Positions 48,501 through 61,240 of a DNA stretch of 64,000 nt are shown in pieces. Positions within the stretch are counted from its first letter, which is position 1. The number at the start of each line of letters is the position of its first letter. The DNA is from Phoronis australis (taxonomy: Eukaryota; Animalia; Phoronida), in the NCBI GenBank assembly GCA_002633005.1, contig NMRA01000811.1:71523-135522 (forward strand), read 5' to 3'. A program made the position numbers and the translations under genes. Under the pieces are notes generated by a model that did not search any database, had not been told where the DNA came from, and saw nothing but the letters and a program-made list of their open reading frames with translations.

Positions 48501-51500
48501 TTGGAGATATAGTCATTTACACATGAAAAAAATCCACCGAAGTCCGTTTCAAATGGGTCAAAGTTTAGACTGGTACACAAAATTTTTATCTATATGAAAT
48601 TAGAATCACAAATTCCTGTGTTTGAGAGGAACTTTTCCTTCGATTCTTTATTATGGTAGTTGTTCTCGAAATATCTCCTTGTCCGTCAGCAACCTCTTGA
48701 GCCATTTTTTTAATAAAATTCTAGGGAAACGTGCACGCCAAGTCCAGTTCGTTTACCCCGGAGTCAATGTCTGCGAAAACAAACACATCGTTGTGAGGAA
48801 CATTTTCTCTGTCACTTAGGACCAGTAAAAATGAAATATTGTCTGAAAGGACTTAAAAAATTGCGGTTGCACCTGCTATTGAATCACGGGTCAGATTGGA
48901 AGTAATGGAGCAACAACGTTTTTGCCACAACGGGAGATCTAATTTTCAACAGCTTTAAAATCGAGAGCTGAATCTTAACCAGCAGTCTTTCTTATCGTTG
49001 TTCTCTACTTCAGTTTACGATAATAGAAAGTCGACGAAAATTAAGCAAAGATAACACAACCGCGTGCGAAAATTCGGAAAATTAGCCTGGATCGGCTGAT
49101 GCTCATACGTCAAATTGACCATCTTCGATGTTGCACAGGCGTGGTAACTATTAAAACCTGATACCGTTAGTTTCCGATAAGGCGCACAGGGAACTTTTTC
49201 GGAAATCGTCAGTTTAAAAATATAGACTTTAGGGCGCATTTTCTGAAACACCGGTAAGGGTTTGAGGGAAACTCGACACATGTTGAACTTCTGTACCAAC
49301 TAAGCCGCCGGATCATGACCGTTTATTTAGTTCTGTTTTGAAGTCAAAGCCCGGCGACACCTTGAAAACAACGTTGTTTTAGTCCATGTTCTGGGGAAAG
49401 AAACCCTATGTTTTGTTTTTTAATACGACGGGATAGCGTTCCTAATTACGAACGATAACATCGGGGACCGAATGGAGCTGTTCACTGTTTGCTTAGACGT
49501 GAAGATTTCCCGCTAACATGACGTAGTACGCAATATTGGTTATCCTAAGTTAGTGCTGACGCAACATTTATTGATTAACGTAAGTCACAGTTTCACCCCA
49601 AACTGAGTGGGCAAAATTGAATATCGAACATTAGGCAACCCATGTGGAGTGTGGCGTGGCTTCTTTAACTTCTTTGAACGGAAGTGCCTGATTGGCCGAA
49701 TCACTGTTGAAGTTAGCGTCGACTCACCTTTGTGACACCCAGTTGCCATTCAAATATGGCGGTGATGGCGAATGGATTTTCCTTTTCTTGATATGTTTTA
49801 GAATGTCGTCGCAGTCGCGTATGGATGTCAACTCTTTTTGAAATGGCTGCCACGATCCGACGGTAGTCACTAGAACAATAATGACGTTATATAAGCAACC
49901 AGTGAAACGAATTCTAACAGGCAAGGGAAGTAATTAGTGTAATCACGGCAAAACTAACAAGGAAATCTTGGGCCTCTTAAGGCACATATATAGAAGAGAC
50001 TATATGGTATTTAACTGAAAATCAAAATGGATGAACCCGCCATAAGGTATAAATATATAAAAGAAGAATCTACCCTTTTTGGATTTATTTCTAGATGAGG
50101 CACCAGTTAACGAAATATACCGGATGTAGCATGGGAACTCTAAACTTTTTTTAACAGGAAACAATTCTGGTCCTCAAGGCAAGAACAAATTTCATTAGCC
50201 AACAAATTCAATCATGTTATTATATCATTTCCACGGGTGTGTGGCGGTACCTAAAATAGTCCCACAAGGTGTAGGATGTGATGAAAATTGGGATAGACAG
50301 ATCAAAAGATATATTTCATGGAGTTGTTGACGTTTCAATTTCAGCACTGAGATGATACCCTTAAAATCATTTTTACAGCCAGCCTGCACATAGACTGGTT
50401 AGGTCACGTCAACGGCACCGACAACCTATGAAAGAATTTTCCCACTTCATTTGAGTTAAAAACTTCATGAAACGGATTTTAAGCGCATTAGTTCAGTCGA
50501 AGAAACTCAAGCACAAATGATGCTCATTCAAAACAAGTCCAAATATTTTCCAACTTAACTGAATTTAATGTGAATTTTTTTTGTTAAATTTTTACTTATG
50601 GTGGTACACCACCGACTAAAATGGCCACCGTAATGAGTGACAGCTGTCTCATCGTGGTACTCACTCGACTACCGCCATATGCAATGAGGTTCCTGCGGAA
50701 CCCGTGCACTTTTTGAAAAAAAATAATAGTAAAATATGACAAAGACAAGCAGGCCTGAAAGCCCTGAATGTCTCAAATTTTTATACTTTAGTGATGTCTT
50801 TCATCCTGTATTCTAAATTTGGGAATGTAAAGGACTTCCTTTAAGCAGGGAGTAAATTAGTCCACATGTCTCCAGTACAATTGTTTATTTTTAATGAACT
50901 CTTTGTGAGAAAGGATTAGATATATTAATGACGAACGCAAATAGGAGAGTTTTCATGCAAAAAGATAGAAATCCGTTTCACCACTGATATTATGACAGTA
51001 AAGTAATTTCTGTTTGGTGTGTAGGCGAAGACTACTAATCTTAATTATTTCATTTTAGTAAAACGACGATAAACGATGGCACTCATTGACAGCCATACTA
51101 TTCCGATTCACAAAGAAGTTCGCTTTGTTAACGTAACAATAACCTTGCCAAATTCGTTCAGTTGAAGTACCTCAGTTACGCCCAACCTACTTTAAAACAA
51201 CTTGAAAATTTTCTAATTTCGTTTCAACAACAGTTTGAAAACTACGCCTTTATAACGCTAGAGGATTAGACCTTCGAGAATAAATTAAATTCCTAAATGA
51301 ATAGCGGATTGCATTTATGACAAAACCAGAACCATCGCGAGCGGTTTGCTTCCGTCTGGAATCGAGCAGAACACGAGGAAAATTGAAATTCAAAACAAAA
51401 CTGGGTGAATTCAAAACAAACAGATGGCTTGAATAACACATTATGCATTTTCGTGATGTTAATTCGATGTCCATGTGTCAGCGGTGAGACATCGTGTTTA

Positions 51501-54500
51501 TTTTTCCAAAAGCATAGCTTTGTTGCTGTTGTCTTACAGTGAATCTCAGAAAAGTGACGAAGAATTGATGAGGGCTATTAATGTCGCAAAAGAGTGATGG
51601 AGACACAAGATAAATCTTTTTAATGGCTTGTATTCCTGTCGCCTTCTATTCTCGAGTATCCCCGTGTTTCACTGACAGACGTAAAATAACACCCAAACCA
51701 AATTTCAGAAAAGTAATTTTTATAAAAAGGCAGATAAAAGTACCGCCAGAAGGCAGTCCAGTGGCTAAAAATCATCGCACGCAATGGCGTTATGTCTGTT
51801 ACGAGTAATTTGCGTAACAATAATTTCCAAAATGCTAAAATTTTGACCAATTACGTGCGATAACAATGGATTAACAGTTTGTCACACATCACGTCGTTGG
51901 ATTGTAACATGCACTGAAAAAAGTGGGGGCCCTTTGTGGTGCACCGCCTATAGACCATGGGCGGCGCAGCACTGAAAAAAGTGGATGCTATTACCCCCCG
52001 TCATCCCCCCTCTCCCCCAACCCCCCACATGTGGAATTTTCAGACGGATAATACGGACAATCTGCCGTCTCGTGCTCGCACACAGGGTGGCTCAGGGGGG
52101 GGGGGGCTCGAACGAGAGAATCAAAAATCCGAAAAAGTTGAAAACGATACAAAAGTCCACTAAAAAGNNNNNNNNNNNNNNNNNNNNNNNNNNNNNNNNN
52201 NNNNNNNNNNNNNNNNNNNNNNNNNNNNNNNNNNNNNNNNNNNNNNNNNNNNNNNNNNNNNNNNNNNNNNNNNNNNNNNNNNNNNNNNNNNNNNNNNNNN
52301 NNNNNNNNNNNNNNNNNNNNNNNNNNNNNNNNNNNNNNNNNNNNNNNNNNNNNNNNNNNNNNNNNNNNNNNNNNNNNNNNNNNNNNNNNNNNNNNNNNNN
52401 NNNNNNNNNNNNNNNNNNNNNNNNNNNNNNNNNNNNNNNNNNNNNNNNNNNNNNNNNNNNNNNNNNNNNNNNNNNNNNNNNNNNNNNNNNNNNNNNNNNN
52501 NNNNNNNNNNNNNNNCACCCCCCCCCCCCCCCCCAATAAGGATCGGCTGTTACAAACGTGTGCCACGAATAAAAGAGAACAACTCAGGGAGGCACATGGA
52601 CGTGTATTCGGAAATTTCTGCATCATTTAGGTGCATGGGTTGACGTTTCGAGCGACAGCATTACTCAAAATCAAAACTTGGCCGAGCACTGTAATTGTCA
52701 CTAGCACGTGGACTAGATTTCAATAAACAATGTTAGCGTGATCTTTCCCTTCATCTTCTGAGCCAGTCCAGCACCACGTGTAACTTACACCGTGGCATTA
52801 CATTGTTAAGTACGGTGGCTGGGAACGGACATCGCGCGTTTCTTTTTTAATTATCTCGGAATCTTGAGATCTATAAATAAGAAATACGCGATGTCGTTTC
52901 CCATCCGCCGCAGTTAAAGGTTTTAGGTTTGATTCCGCGTTGGGGTTGAAAATCACTTTTCTCGCCTATTCTAAGGTTTTCCGGATATTCCTTCGAGTGC
53001 GCTTAACAAGAAAAGTTCGGTGCCAAAGTCACGCTATCAAACAAATGTGTAGAACCAGCAAGTGCGCAGTGCAAAAACGTTAATTATTCAGTCGCTAACC
53101 GCGGGCAAAAATAAGTTGTGAAAATATAAGAAAAGTAGAATGAGTGGGCAAGGTATAGAAACCACCGATGTATGCATGAGCTGTAGTACACATTATTTTC
53201 CAAACATATCAGCATTTTCTGGTCGAATGAAAACATAAGATGCGTCAGTGAAGCATGCAGAAAAGAGACATGAATTGACCATTGAGATCAAAGGTTTGTA
53301 TTTTTCTTATATTTCTTTCCCCTGTGTACGGGTAATAAAGCACAATACCCGCCGGCTATAACAACCGCACACGTGGGCACGTTTTCCAGGTGTTACCATT
53401 GAACAGTTTGGAATGTGTGCAGTGCGCCACTATGCTGAGCAGCGACAAAAATCTTAAGAAATGTCTTTTTACAATAATTTGCTTGGGGGTTAATGTTTCT
53501 GTGACGTCTTATAGCTTGTACTACGCGGAATTCACGGGAAAATGAGTACAAGTAAATCTATACCGCATTTGTAAAACAAAACCACCCAGTTCTAGCGCCA
53601 AAGGCTCAACATCGTGTACAAACAATTCAGAATTCAAGCCTACGTATAAACTTGCTTATGGTGTATGGATCTGTTAGTTGGAAATTTCTCTGGTCCGTTG
53701 CAGGAAAAAAGTGTTTAGCGCGTGGAACTAAAATAACAATTCTCAATAGAGATTTCTCAAAATAGGCAGTTGAGTATGTCACTGTCATTTTACACCAAAA
53801 CAATACAAACAGTTACCGCTTTTACTTGTTTTGAAAAGTAGAACAAGCTCAGTGTTTTTCAACCATGGCTCAAGATTTTGAACACGGCTCAAGAGTTTCT
53901 CATACATGGCGCTAGCCGGATTTCGGCACATGGCTCATAACTTTTCAGTCAAACATGGTTCAGTGTGTTGGGCACACGCTGTAGCCACCGTGTGAACATC
54001 TAGGCTGGGAAAAGGCAGGTCAAACTGCCAGGGGTCCCAGACACGGACCCCTGAGATATTTTATAACTTAGAGGCCCTTAATCCGACACTGGCCACCGTT
54101 TTCACTTCTACAACTCCACAGCTCTCAAACGACAGTTCAATGCATATTCGTTGCGTAAGAATCTGCATGTTTACAGTGTTTATTAATTATTCAAGTTACT
54201 GGATACGTAATGGTTGACAAAGGGAGACAGGAGAACCCCTATCTACGGATTTACTGGAGACGTGGAGTTACCCAAGCTTCTGAAATAGTCCTAACAAATT
54301 ATCAATTTCGAGAGCTACAAAAATAAGAGGTGAGAGCCGGGATAATATTACCGCACATATAGGATGGCAAGAAGATGACGCCTTCATTGATCAGCACTGT
54401 AGGATACAATACGATTCGACTGAGTAACTATCCACAAACATAGAACACGATATCGGTTACGAGATAAAGCCGCGTTTAGACTCCAACACTAATCTAGAAC

Positions 54501-56276
54501 TTCAAACGGCCAGGGCTAATGAACCCCCTGCAGCCAAAGGGGAGATAGAATATTTTCAAATTAAAAACACCCATTGTATCACTGCTTTATTGAAGTGCGC
54601 CCTGTACAGCTGGTAACTTCTTAAGGGAGGCATTGTGGCGGAATTTCTTTGTACGAGTTTCCGAACATGTGAAACAGTTTACAGTAAATTAACAGCGAAT
54701 GAAAATGTTTGCGTTTGAAAGTACACGGCGAATTCTTGGCTATCAATACCAACGTAAAATGTTTTATTGAAGCCTACTACCGCTCAATGAGAAATGCAAA
54801 AATGCAACTTGGTCGAGTGACTTTACAAACGTGGGAATATAAGGTCCACTTTTGATCTTCACGTCGTTTTCGTAATTGACATATCATTCTGAGCAAGTAC
54901 AACTTGTAACCAAGATGTTTCGACAATTGACGACAATTATCGGGTTTCTGTCACGAAATCTTTTTTTTTCAGAATCGGTCATTTGGACCTGTTTTCGTAA
55001 AAGAATTTAGAAGCCAATAGTAAATACAGTGTCGTGATGATTGAAATCCTAATTCAAGTCTTGTGGACGTGGAGTTGTTGGTGGCGACACTACGACGCCT
55101 TGGCAAAGCTCATAGGCTGGAAATGACAACGTTTTTTTAAATTTTATGAGAAAGAGAGAACTAGAACAACTTAGAAGAGCTATGTGGCTATTTAGAAGAG
55201 CTATGTGGCTCAGTACTTGGCCAATCGCAGTCACGGGTGTTTTAGATATCTTGCCTTTGTAAAACTTGAGGTTCTAGATTTTGATGGGTTTCACCTGTGA
55301 TGAAAATGTTGGAACGTACAGTGGGCCCCTCAAATCCACTAAAATAAAATTCCATGCGTGGGTTAAATTAATTAATGGTTACATACTTAAAATCACTCCG
55401 TACAAACGGCGAGATCGCTGACGTAGTTGGTTAAAAACACGGTATGAAAAGATCTTTGGCGACTTCGAGGTGAGCAAAAGAGAATCTTATAATAAAAGTT
55501 TATCAATCTCCGATGTGTTATAGTTGGTGTCTCCTCAAGTCCTGGTTTATATCTGATCGGACTGTAAAAATGTTTTAAAGCTAAAATAAACTTTTGAAGT
55601 GATGTTTGCGCAAAGATATTTCCGTTTATTCATGCACATGAAAGGTACAAATAATTTAACAGCCACGTGTCCAAACTTCATTTAATTAAACATATCAATA
55701 TGGCTACCTGTTGCCATTCATGTAAACAAGTAAACACCCTTGAACATCTAATCCCGTGTCAACCTCTTGTCATCGTAGCACTTCAAATATTTCCCATGTG
55801 AGAACCATCGGCCGCACCTTGGACGTAATCAACTATCGTCATATGAAAATTTACTCTTTCCCTCTAAAGACGATTTCAGGGACCAGTTTACGACTTTATC
55901 GCGTAATGTGCTCAATTTCATGTGATTAATTGGTGTTTAATTGAAATTATCAAAACTCCGAGTGTTTTATCGCTAAATGCAAACATATCATGTCTCGTCG
56001 AAAATACAATAAAATTACCGACTCATTTGTACACACACGAAACACATAAGTGGTTTTAAAATTGCCAAAAAAGACAGACATGGACTGCAGTTTAAATAAA
56101 TCATCGTGTTTTCCACTTAGAATAAAAAGATTAAAACAAAAAATAAGGTAAACATCAAAATCAATCCATTACCGGTCTCGCTGTTGTACACTTCACACAA
56201 AAGCACATGACCTGGCAGTAATCAACAAACACTTACCTGCGAATAAGAAGACTAAGACGGAATTGAAAATATTCAT
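32782..56276 (-). CDS. APCDD1: Protein APCDD1 / APCDD1-like (membrane Wnt inhibitor), complete, 4 coding exons, ~495 aa
   Basis: Exons 56276-56237, 49869-49728, 37654-37102, 33534-32782 join in frame (1488 nt). Signal peptide MNIFNSVLVFLFAVTTVGS; two APCDD1 domains (LNGNWVSQRCEIRSGPEFLLRKY; LYGEWVSTGCESRP...RPSDGSSPNSPLKRATAFQSPL); hydrophobic C-tail. Confidence 0.92.
37102..37654 (-). CDS. APCDD1: APCDD1 exon 3
   Basis: TTTCAG|A CEIRSGPEFLLRKYTF...LNFSLHELQLLR...YRPTSFQIPLLEMK|GTAT. Confidence 0.92.
49728..49869 (-). CDS. APCDD1: APCDD1 exon 2
   Basis: TTCTAG|TTVGSWQPF...CDDILKH...PPYLNGNWVSQ AG|GTGAGT; phases fit exons 1 and 3. Confidence 0.88.
51956..52535. mobile_element. MITE end(s) with poly-G/C tracts around assembly gap 52168-52515
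   Basis: CATGGGCGGCGCAGCACTGAAAAAAGTGGA terminus, inverted copy at 57329-57359. Confidence 0.55.
52813..52910. repeat. ~98-bp near-perfect palindrome in APCDD1 intron 1
   Basis: CGGTGGCTGGGAACGGACATCGCGCGTTTCTT pairs with AAGAAATACGCGATGTCGTTTCCCATCCGCCG. Confidence 0.8.
56237..56276 (-). CDS. APCDD1: APCDD1 exon 1 coding part (signal peptide)
   Basis: ATC ATG MNIFNSVLVFLFA G|GTAAGT: consensus donor, phase 1 matches exon 2. Confidence 0.75.
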
Positions 56277-57313
56277 GATAAGGATAGACATCTAGGTCTT
56301 GGCAGATTTCGAAATAATGCGTAACGCAAAGGGTCCTTGTACCAAAACTTTCTAAATTAATCCCAACATATCATGGCACACACGTTGTCGGAGAATCGCC
56401 AAACGAAGTTATCCGAATCCAGCGCATGGCCGTGTCGTGATGAGCTTTTCATGCAGTCACGCAAGACATCGCCAAGCGGTAATTAAGCTGACCAACTGAT
56501 TGGTTACGAAAATGGAATGCATTATTCTTCTGCGGCAAACGATACTCTCTGGAGCAGAAATGCTATGTCGTGAATGGCCGGTCTGTGATTGACACTTCGT
56601 GAACACGTTTAAACGTCATTTACCCTCCCACATCAGGCGTCTCCAAGGTAGTTTTTAGTTTTTAAAAGAGGTGGCGCTAGAATCAATTGCGCGCTGCTCC
56701 TTTTTGAATAACAGTGCTGCCTATCTTCCTCCTCACGGTCCGCACGGGTGTTCTCATTTACAGCGTCTTTTTCTCATTAACGCAATTATTTTGTTACGAT
56801 CTGCGGTTTTTTATCTGTATTCGTGAACAAAATCGAGATCGAAACATTAATAAAATTTAGACAGTCGTAAATTGGGAAACTATTCTTTTAAGAATAGTTT
56901 CCCAATTTACGACTGTCTACTCAAATTCGCAGTACTTAAAAGTACTGCGAATTTGAGTAGAAAGGGTGCTTCTCTGCACAGACGAAAATTGATGTACCCA
57001 TGTATATTTTCGGATCTTCCTGTCAACAACCATTCACAAAGTGAATGTTGCGTTAGGTGCAGAGAATTGTTTTAAACACAAAAAGTGAAATGAAGGTTGG
57101 CATTGTGTTTCTCTGGTGTTCGAGATATTGCTCGAGATTACGAAGTTGCCTCGTGCTGACGGTGTAGTCGCGAGCGCGAATCGAGTCCCGTATCAAGCGT
57201 TAGAATTTGAGACACAACGGGCAAACGCATTTTGTAAATGAATCTTTGCCATTAGCAGCACGAATTGGAGCCCTGGAAGTCGTGAGTATGTGTGTGCATG
57301 CTGTATAACGTAN

Positions 57314-57359
57314 GGTGGGCTAAAGCCCTCCACTTTTTTTCAGTGTTGCGCCGCCCATG
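57314..57359. mobile_element. MITE terminus next to single N at 57313
   Basis: TCCACTTTTTTTCAGTGTTGCGCCGCCCATG, reverse complement of 51956-51985. Confidence 0.55.
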
Positions 57360-58263
57360 TATTGCATTGAGTGGAAAGACAGGCATTTGACTGTATTTGT
57401 TAATATCGGCATGCTGTGGTTAGTGTGAAAAAACTGTACATGGACAAGGAACTGCTATTACGATCAAAGTGGTTAGTGAGAAAAGAACTGAGTTAGTAAG
57501 AAGTAAGTTGTGGTTGATAAAGAAAAGAGCCACAGCTCGTAAGAAAGGAACATGAGTAGGATTGCTAATGATTAAAGATTAATGATCGAGATCGCTCGCG
57601 CGAGGAGGGGGGTGGGGTTCAGCGTCCTGTTTTATGAGATACGGAAATAGAAATAAAGCTATGTTGTAAACAAAAAGAAAATGTTCTGGTCGAGGTGAGC
57701 GGTGTGCTTGGCGTTCACAACCCGCCATACACTGTCTGTCCTCATACTCTTGATTGACTTATAAAGAACCAGGTGTCAGAGATATGTACATCAGATTTTT
57801 AATTCTAATACGGAGGCTGGATTCAAAATTTAGACCATGGACCGTAGGCCATAACAGGCTTTAAAGCACGCTCTTTTATGATGATGTTTGGGAGGTGGGC
57901 AATTTTGTTCATAAGCGTTAACTGGTGGTGAACGTTGGAACTACTACATAAAGATTGCCAATTTTAATACTGCAGATCTTTCATACTTTCTTTATTAAGA
58001 GCTTTTCAACAACTTGCATTACATCAATCCACCATTTATCGAATGTTACTTGGTAAATTGTGAGCATTTTCAAGTTAACCCTAAAATTTCAAGAGAAAAA
58101 TCTGTTTTTGCTGTCTGATCAAATTGGATGGAACTGGTACTAGCGGTTCCGAACATCCAATAAGAACATCATCAATTTTAGAGTGTTTGAATTCATTACA
58201 AGTTGATTTGACGTTTCTTTGAGGAAAGTGTGTTTTCTTAAAAATGCAACTGATTGCAGTGCC

Positions 58264-58589
58264 CAGTGGCGGATTTAAGGGGGGGGGGGCAAGNNNNNNN
58301 NNNNNNNNNNNNNNNNNNNNNNNNNNNNNNNNNNNNNNNNNNNNNNNNNNNNNNNNNNNNNNNNNNNNNNNNNNNNNNNNNNNNNNNNNNNNNNNNNNNN
58401 NNNNNNNNNNNNNNNNNNNNNNNNNNNNNNNNNNNNNNNNNNNNNNNNNNNNNNNNNNNNNNNNNNNNNNNNNNNNNNNNNNNNNNNNNNNNNNNNNNNN
58501 NNNNNNNNNNNNNNNNNNNNNNNNNNNNNNNNNNNNNNNNNNNNNNNNNNNNNNNNNNNNNNCCCCCCCCCCCCCTAAATCCGCCACTG
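58264..58589. mobile_element. MITE with CAGTGGCGGATTTA-poly(G) termini, interior is an assembly gap
   Basis: CAGTGGCGGATTTAAGGGGG...CCCCCTAAATCCGCCACTG; CC on both flanks (possible 2-bp TSD); N 58294-58562. Confidence 0.8.
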
Positions 58590-59731
58590 CCCTGAGACCG
58601 ATGATCCCAACCCTGAAAACCCGCACATATCCACAAAACAACACTTTTCAGGGGAAATGAAATGAGTGGCAATCTGGGAACACTTTTTAGTGAATGGAGG
58701 GGAAGGGTCCAATGCAAGTTTGACCGAGGGGAATCTTTTAACAATGGATAGACGCCAAGGTCACGCTGTGCCCCTTTGGCTGTGCTTAATACTATCAAGT
58801 GTCACAGATGATAGAAAAATCCATTTTGTTTCGTCTTTAACACACTTCGTTTTCTTAATGGCACATCCAGTGTTGACTTTCTCTAACTTAAGTTTCAAAA
58901 TCTTACAATATCGACTTAAAACAATCCCGTTTGCTGAACTTTACGACATTCTTTGGCAGTACTTAATTAGTTTTGAACCTAGATTCTCTCAGCAAAGAAT
59001 CTGGTGTGCTAGAGAGCATTTGGTCAGATTTTATACACTACTAAACTAGGATCATGGATCTTTTTCCCGAAAAGGGTCTTAAGACTCACGTCTGAAATTT
59101 AGTCTTACGCTTCAGCCCACTGTTTCTGAAAAATAATTAAATATCACTTGAGCAAAAGTGCAATCTCTGAGAATATACACATAACAGTTAGTTTCTGAAA
59201 TAATTTCTGTAAATATTGTTTCTAGATTGTGACGTGCTCAATAGCTAAATCTTCATTCAACAATTTTGAAGTGGGAACGTAACTTCAGACCAATTTTCTA
59301 TCTTAGTTACGGTCTTATGCCATAATCATTGTCCAATAACATTTCGCATTGAGTCAGTATGCAAAGTTTTAAAGAAAATTTGCATGAAGTGGTTTAAAAA
59401 GGCACACGTGTAAAAGTTCTCACGACTGAGACATTTCACAAAGTGGGCACATCACATAAATTATATGCGACTCACAGGAAATGTCCTCGTGGAAAATTCC
59501 GAAATCGCAGGTTATTGGAAAGTGTGGGTGGTCATGATGGACCTATATAAAGTCTGCACGGAACGGGGGACTTCAGTTTATTATCACTATGGCACGTCAG
59601 ATAAATCTCCAAGACTACAGGCTTAAAGATATTTATCAACAAACTCGAGATATTCCGACGACGGTCAACTTTCTGAAGACAAACTTCCTACTGTGGTGCC
59701 ACCTATCAGTTATAATACGAACATCAAGTGT

Positions 59732-60309
59732 CTCGCTGGTTCCCTGCGTGCTCAGCCCAGCCAGCACGCAGGTATCACGCAGTGGCACGCACTTTAGCAT
59801 TGGTCGATGTAACCTCGGCAGTCATTGGTTAGCTTTACAACACCGTGAAAAAATGGCGGACTGTAAACGATTTTTAGACTTGTCATGCAAGTGGCGTCGT
59901 AGCAACTATTTTGTTGCACTAATGATGTTGAATAGCTGCGTGCTTCAGTGAAGCACATACATGTACAATAAACACATATCTGGCCGATTTAAACCGGTGT
60001 GTTATTCATACTGTATGAATATAGGACACTATCGTAAACAAAAGTCATCGACAGTAGAAAGATGCATTCCGTAAAGGCGCAATCACAATTTCTAGGCTTC
60101 ACATTTCCTGAACATAAATTTTAAGCACCGATTTATCTGAACAACAAACCACATTTACACTTCAGTCCATCAGTCATGCCAGTTTATTTGCGTAAAGCGC
60201 TGCCTGTTGAGAATTCGACTAGCCAATCAGAAACGCCGGGAAAATTAAGTGATACCTGCGTGCTGGCGCGGCTACCGCCCCACCTAGCGGCACGCAGGGA
60301 ACCAGCGAG
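59732..60309. mobile_element. 578-bp MITE with 9-bp TSD (MULE- or Merlin-type) inside the Gypsy LTR
   Basis: ATCAAGTGT|CTCGCTGGTTCCCTGCGTGC ... GCACGCAGGGAACCAGCGAG|ATCAAGTGT: 20-bp perfect TIR and perfect 9-bp TSD. Confidence 0.88.
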
Positions 60310-60401
60310 ATCAAGTGTCTGCTTCAATGTAGTATTTTATTCTCTTATAATTGTGTGTTTCTGATTCCTACATTGGTGACCTCCAACAGTGAACACTTAC
60401 A

Positions 60402-61240
60402 ATGGCTGAGGGACATAGTGATACAAAGCTTGTTACTGACCTGGCCTCAACTCTCCAGACGCTTGCAATGCAAACAACTCAGGCGGGTAAACGCGGTATC
60501 CATCAGGTTGCCGGACTTTTGGACAAAATCGCCCGAAGTTTGGTTTGCCAAAGTCGAGGCTCAGTTTGGAACAAAAGGGATTGTACAAGACCAGACAAAA
60601 TGTGATTACGTGGTGAGTGCCCTTGATGTTAACACAGCCGACGAAGTTCAGGCTATTCTCCTCCACCCACCGCTTACAAACAAGTATAACGCATTGAAGT
60701 CCGCGCTCATCAACGCTTTTGGAAAGTCCCAGGCGCAGAAGGACTGAGCTTTTGAACCTCAATGGCCTGGGTGACAAACGTCCCATTGCTCTGATGAGAC
60801 GTATCAACGCTCTCAATGATGACCCCCAAACTTTAAAACGTGCTTTGTTCCTAACGAACCTGCCTGCTGACGTAATTCGCACTATCATGGCGGGCCACAG
60901 CATAGAGGACCTTGCTACGACCGCGGACCGTATCTAGGAGGCACGTACTGCCGGAGTGCAACAAGTCTCTATGCCTACCACCAGTCAGACAACGTTTTTG
61001 GGTTATGATGACAACGCCAAGTCCACGTCCGCTTCGGTGGACGTGGTTTGTGCCGATAAGCGCTTCCGACACCGTTCCCGTCCCCAGCACGGTGACGCCA
61101 GCCCCCTTATGGGTTCCTCCACCGTGTGCTTCTACCATATGAAGTTTGGGCCCGAGGCTCGTCGATGCCAGCCTGGCTGCAAGTTTGCGTCACTGATACC
61201 CAAGACAAACAACCAGGGAAACGCCGCAGCCGGCCGTTGA
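60402..61240 (+). pseudogene. Gypsy gag, frameshifted, internal stop at 60935-60937
   Basis: VSIRLPDFWTKSPEVWFAKVEAQF...LGDKRP; knuckle CFYHMKFGPEARRCQPGC; ends QGNAAAGR*. Confidence 0.85.

Noticed and set aside
37744-49300. Many 60-150 aa ORFs in APCDD1 intron 2
   Set aside because: No recognisable domains or consistent splice phases; exons 2 and 3 already join in frame (SQR-CEIR).
51985-52626. Long ORFs containing X runs (also 58081-58798)
   Set aside because: Artefacts of N gaps.
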